This document shows, one piece after another, positions 61,601 to 64,000 of a stretch of 64,000 bases of DNA (positions within the stretch are counted from its first letter, which is position 1; the number at the start of each line of letters is the position of its first letter). The DNA is from an uncultured Acidobacteriota bacterium. Lineage in GTDB: Bacteria; Acidobacteriota; UBA6911. The notes below the pieces were generated by a model. The model made no database searches. It was not told the origin of the DNA and saw nothing but the letters and a program-made list of their open reading frames with translations. Where the stretch lies: NCBI GenBank assembly GCA_963843575.1, contig CAWJKZ010000012.1:96001-160000 (forward strand), written 5' to 3'. The position numbers and the translations under genes are program-made.

Positions 61601-63330
61601 ATGCTCCTGCAGAGCCTGGACTGGCTCATCGTCATCGCCTATCTCGTGCTGTCGCTCGGCGTGGGACTGTATTTCGCCCGCCGCGCCGGCAAGAGCGTCG
61701 AGGACTTCTTCCTCTCCGGCCGCAAGCTCTCGTGGTGGCTGGCGGGGACCTCCATCGCAGCCGCGGCCTTCGCCTCCGATACCCCGATCGCCGTCACCGA
61801 ATACGTCCGGCAATACGGGATCGCGGGCAACTGGTTCAAGTGGAGCTTCTCGCTCACCGGGCTGTCCGCCGTGTACCTCTTCTCGGTGTACTGGCGCCGG
61901 TCGAACTTCGTCACCGACGTCGAGTTTGTCGAGGCCCGCTACGAAGGCCGGCCCGCGGCCGCGCTGCGCGGGTTCATGGCCCTGTTCTACGGCGTCGTCT
62001 TCAACTGCATCGAGATGGGGTGGATCATCTCGGGCATGACCACCGTGGTCGGGGTCACGACCGGGCTGAACCGCTGGGCGACCATCGTCATCCTGCTCGG
62101 CATCGCCACCCTGTACACCGCTAAATCCGGACTCTGGGGTGTCGTGACCACCGACTTCATGCAGTTTTTCGTCGCCACCGCCGGCTCGGTGCTCCTCGCC
62201 TGGTACGCCATCACGGGATTGGGCGGGATCGGCGCCATCAAGAACGCGCTCGCGGCCTCGGGGCAGATCGAGAAGCTGCAGATGGTCCCGACCGTGGACT
62301 CGACCTGGATGCCCCTGCCGACGTTTCTCGTCTACGTCCTCGTCCTGTGGTGGAGCACAGACCGCGCCGACGGCACCGGCTACTTCGTGCAGCGGATCCT
62401 GTCGACCCGCAACGAGAAGCAGGCGTTCCTGTCCGGGATCTGGTTCAGCATCCTGACCTATTCCCTGCTCCCCTGGCTCTGGATCGTCGTCGGGGTGGCC
62501 TCTCTCGTGGCATTCCCCACCCTCACCGAGCACTACCTCGCCTACCCGAAGATGCTGGTGCAGTTCGCGCCGACGGGCGTGCGCGGCCTCATGGTCGCCG
62601 GGTTCTTCGCCGCCTTCATGGCCACGACCACGAGCCACCTGAACTGGGGAGCTTCGTACCTCTGCAACGACCTGTACCGTCGCTTCATCCGGCGCGACGC
62701 GTCCCAGTCCCACTACGTGTTCGTCTCCAAGTTCTTCACCCTGTTCCTCGTCCTCGCCGGCGGCGTGACCGGCTACTACATGCACTCGATCCAGCAGGCC
62801 TGGGAACTGCAGGCGGCGATGATGGCGGGCACCGGCTCCGTCTTCGTCCTGCGCTGGCTCTGGTGGCGCGTCAACGCGTGGTCCGAAATCTCGGCGCTGA
62901 CCGCCGCCGTGACGGTCTCGACACTGCTCGCGTTCACCGGATATTCCTTCCCGACCCGCATCCTGATCTCGACCGCCGTCTGCACGTGCATCTGGATCGG
63001 CGTGACACTCCTGAGCGCACCGGTCTCGGACGAAAAACTGATCCTCTTCTACCGCAAGGTCCGGCCCGGCGGGCCGCTGTGGCGGCGGATCGCGCGGATG
63101 GCCGGGGCCGGGGAAGGCCGCAGCGAGCTGGGCCGGAACCTCGTCGTTTTCGCCTTCGGCACCGCCTTCACGTTCCTCAGCATCTTCTGCATCGGGGAAA
63201 TGGTGTTTTTCAGTCTCTGGAAAGGGCTTTTCTATCTCGCCGGGGCGTCGTGGCGGGGTACGTGGTTTTCCTGCTCGTGCGCGACACCTTCCGCCAGATG
63301 CAGAAGGAGGATACGGCAAGGGCCCAATAG
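61601..63330 (+). CDS. Sodium:solute symporter (frameshift near 63250)
   Basis: LDWLIVIAY, DFFLSGR..WWLAGTS, GLWGVVTTDFMQF, VQRILS, FYRKVRPGG. Confidence 0.9.
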
Positions 63331-63346
63331 GCGGATGGGGATCTTC

Positions 63347-63423
63347 GAGATTCGCTTGAGCCTTGGAGCCGCTGAGGTGAAATCCGGAGCTCACCTCGAA
63401 GACTCCAGGACTCGAAGGGTCTC
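63347..63423. repeat. Family D palindromic element
   Basis: gagattcgcttgagccttggagccgctgaggtga...tcacctcgaagactccaggactcgaagggtctc. Confidence 0.65.
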
Positions 63424-63465
63424 CCAGTGGTTGAGGCCGGCGAATCTTCATTCCAGGAGCAGATC

Positions 63466-64000
63466 ATGGGACGTGAGGTGAAAGGGCTTCCGTTCGGCAT
63501 CCAGTACTACCGCGCGCCGACGCCGCTTCGGGAGGAATGGGAGGTGGACCTGCCGAGGATAAAGGATCTGGGCTTCACGTTCGTCCAGGTGCGACCGCAG
63601 TGGCGCTGGCACGAGCGGCGCGAAGGGGAGTTCTGCTGGGACGACCTGGACGCCCTGTTCGACCTGTGCGCCACGCACGGCCTCCAGGTGATGTTCCAGT
63701 TCATGCTCGAGACGGCCCCCGCGTGGCTCTACCGGAAATACGACTGTTACCGCGTCGACCTCTTCGGCCACCCGATCCTGCCACGGGGGCACGGCGCTTT
63801 TTTTGTCGGCGGCTGGCTCCCCTGCTTCGATCACCCGATGGTGCGCCTGGAAGGCGAACGGTTCATCAGGGCCGCCGTCCAGAGGTATCGCGACCGGCCC
63901 AACCTGCTGCTCTGGGAAGCCTGGAACGAGCCGCGGAGCCGCCCCGTCGGCGAATGCTGCTGCCCCGAGTCGCTCGCGCGCTACCGGAAGCACCTGGAAG
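63466..64000 (+). CDS. GH42-like beta-galactosidase, 5' part (runs off the window; absent from the ORF track)
   Basis: Hand translation after AGGAG: MGREVKGLPFGIQYYRAP..EEWEVDL..WRWHERREGEF..TAPAW..CFDHP..WEAWNEP..ECCCPES. Confidence 0.85.
   Translation, partial: MGREVKGLPFGIQYYRAPTPLREEWEVDLPRIKDLGFTFVQVRPQWRWHERREGEFCWDDLDALFDLCATHGLQVMFQFMLETAPAWLYRKYDCYRVDLFGHPILPRGHGAFFVGGWLPCFDHPMVRLEGERFIRAAVQRYRDRPNLLLWEAWNEPRSRPVGECCCPESLARYRKHLE

Overview
High-GC bacterial chromosomal window. Gene content suggests Acidobacteriota or a similar lineage (inference). Many conserved genes carry single-base frameshifts, which points to an unpolished long-read assembly. From left to right: an acyl-CoA ligase 3' end, an APC permease, nfo, a pseudo-receiver/FHA/GAF/PP2C phosphatase and truA. 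Then a long minus-strand run: hydrolase, cobB, Cys-rich ORF, dinB, aminopeptidase P, aroD-aroE fusion, thrB, hisZ-G-D-C-B-H-A-F-IE, glgC, oxidoreductase. Then a FucU/RbsD protein with a twin-arginine leader; an ECF sigma / polytopic-membrane Ser/Thr kinase / beta-propeller cluster; a PilZ gene followed by a ~1790-aa receiver-PAS-coiled-coil protein with a 138-bp tandem repeat; a cold-shock gene with a terminator-like hairpin in its leader; a penicillin acylase; a purF lacking Cys1; a TPR lipoprotein; a putative glycoside hydrolase; lrp-amtB; a Tat-type acetamidase; and a ROK-associated carbohydrate locus (GH20-like, M20, heparinase II/III-like, SSS, GH42). Four families of short palindromic repeats occur. 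No rRNA, tRNA, CRISPR array, transposase or prophage was recognised. The best novelty candidates are the PilZ + giant coiled-coil module and the ECF-kinase module.
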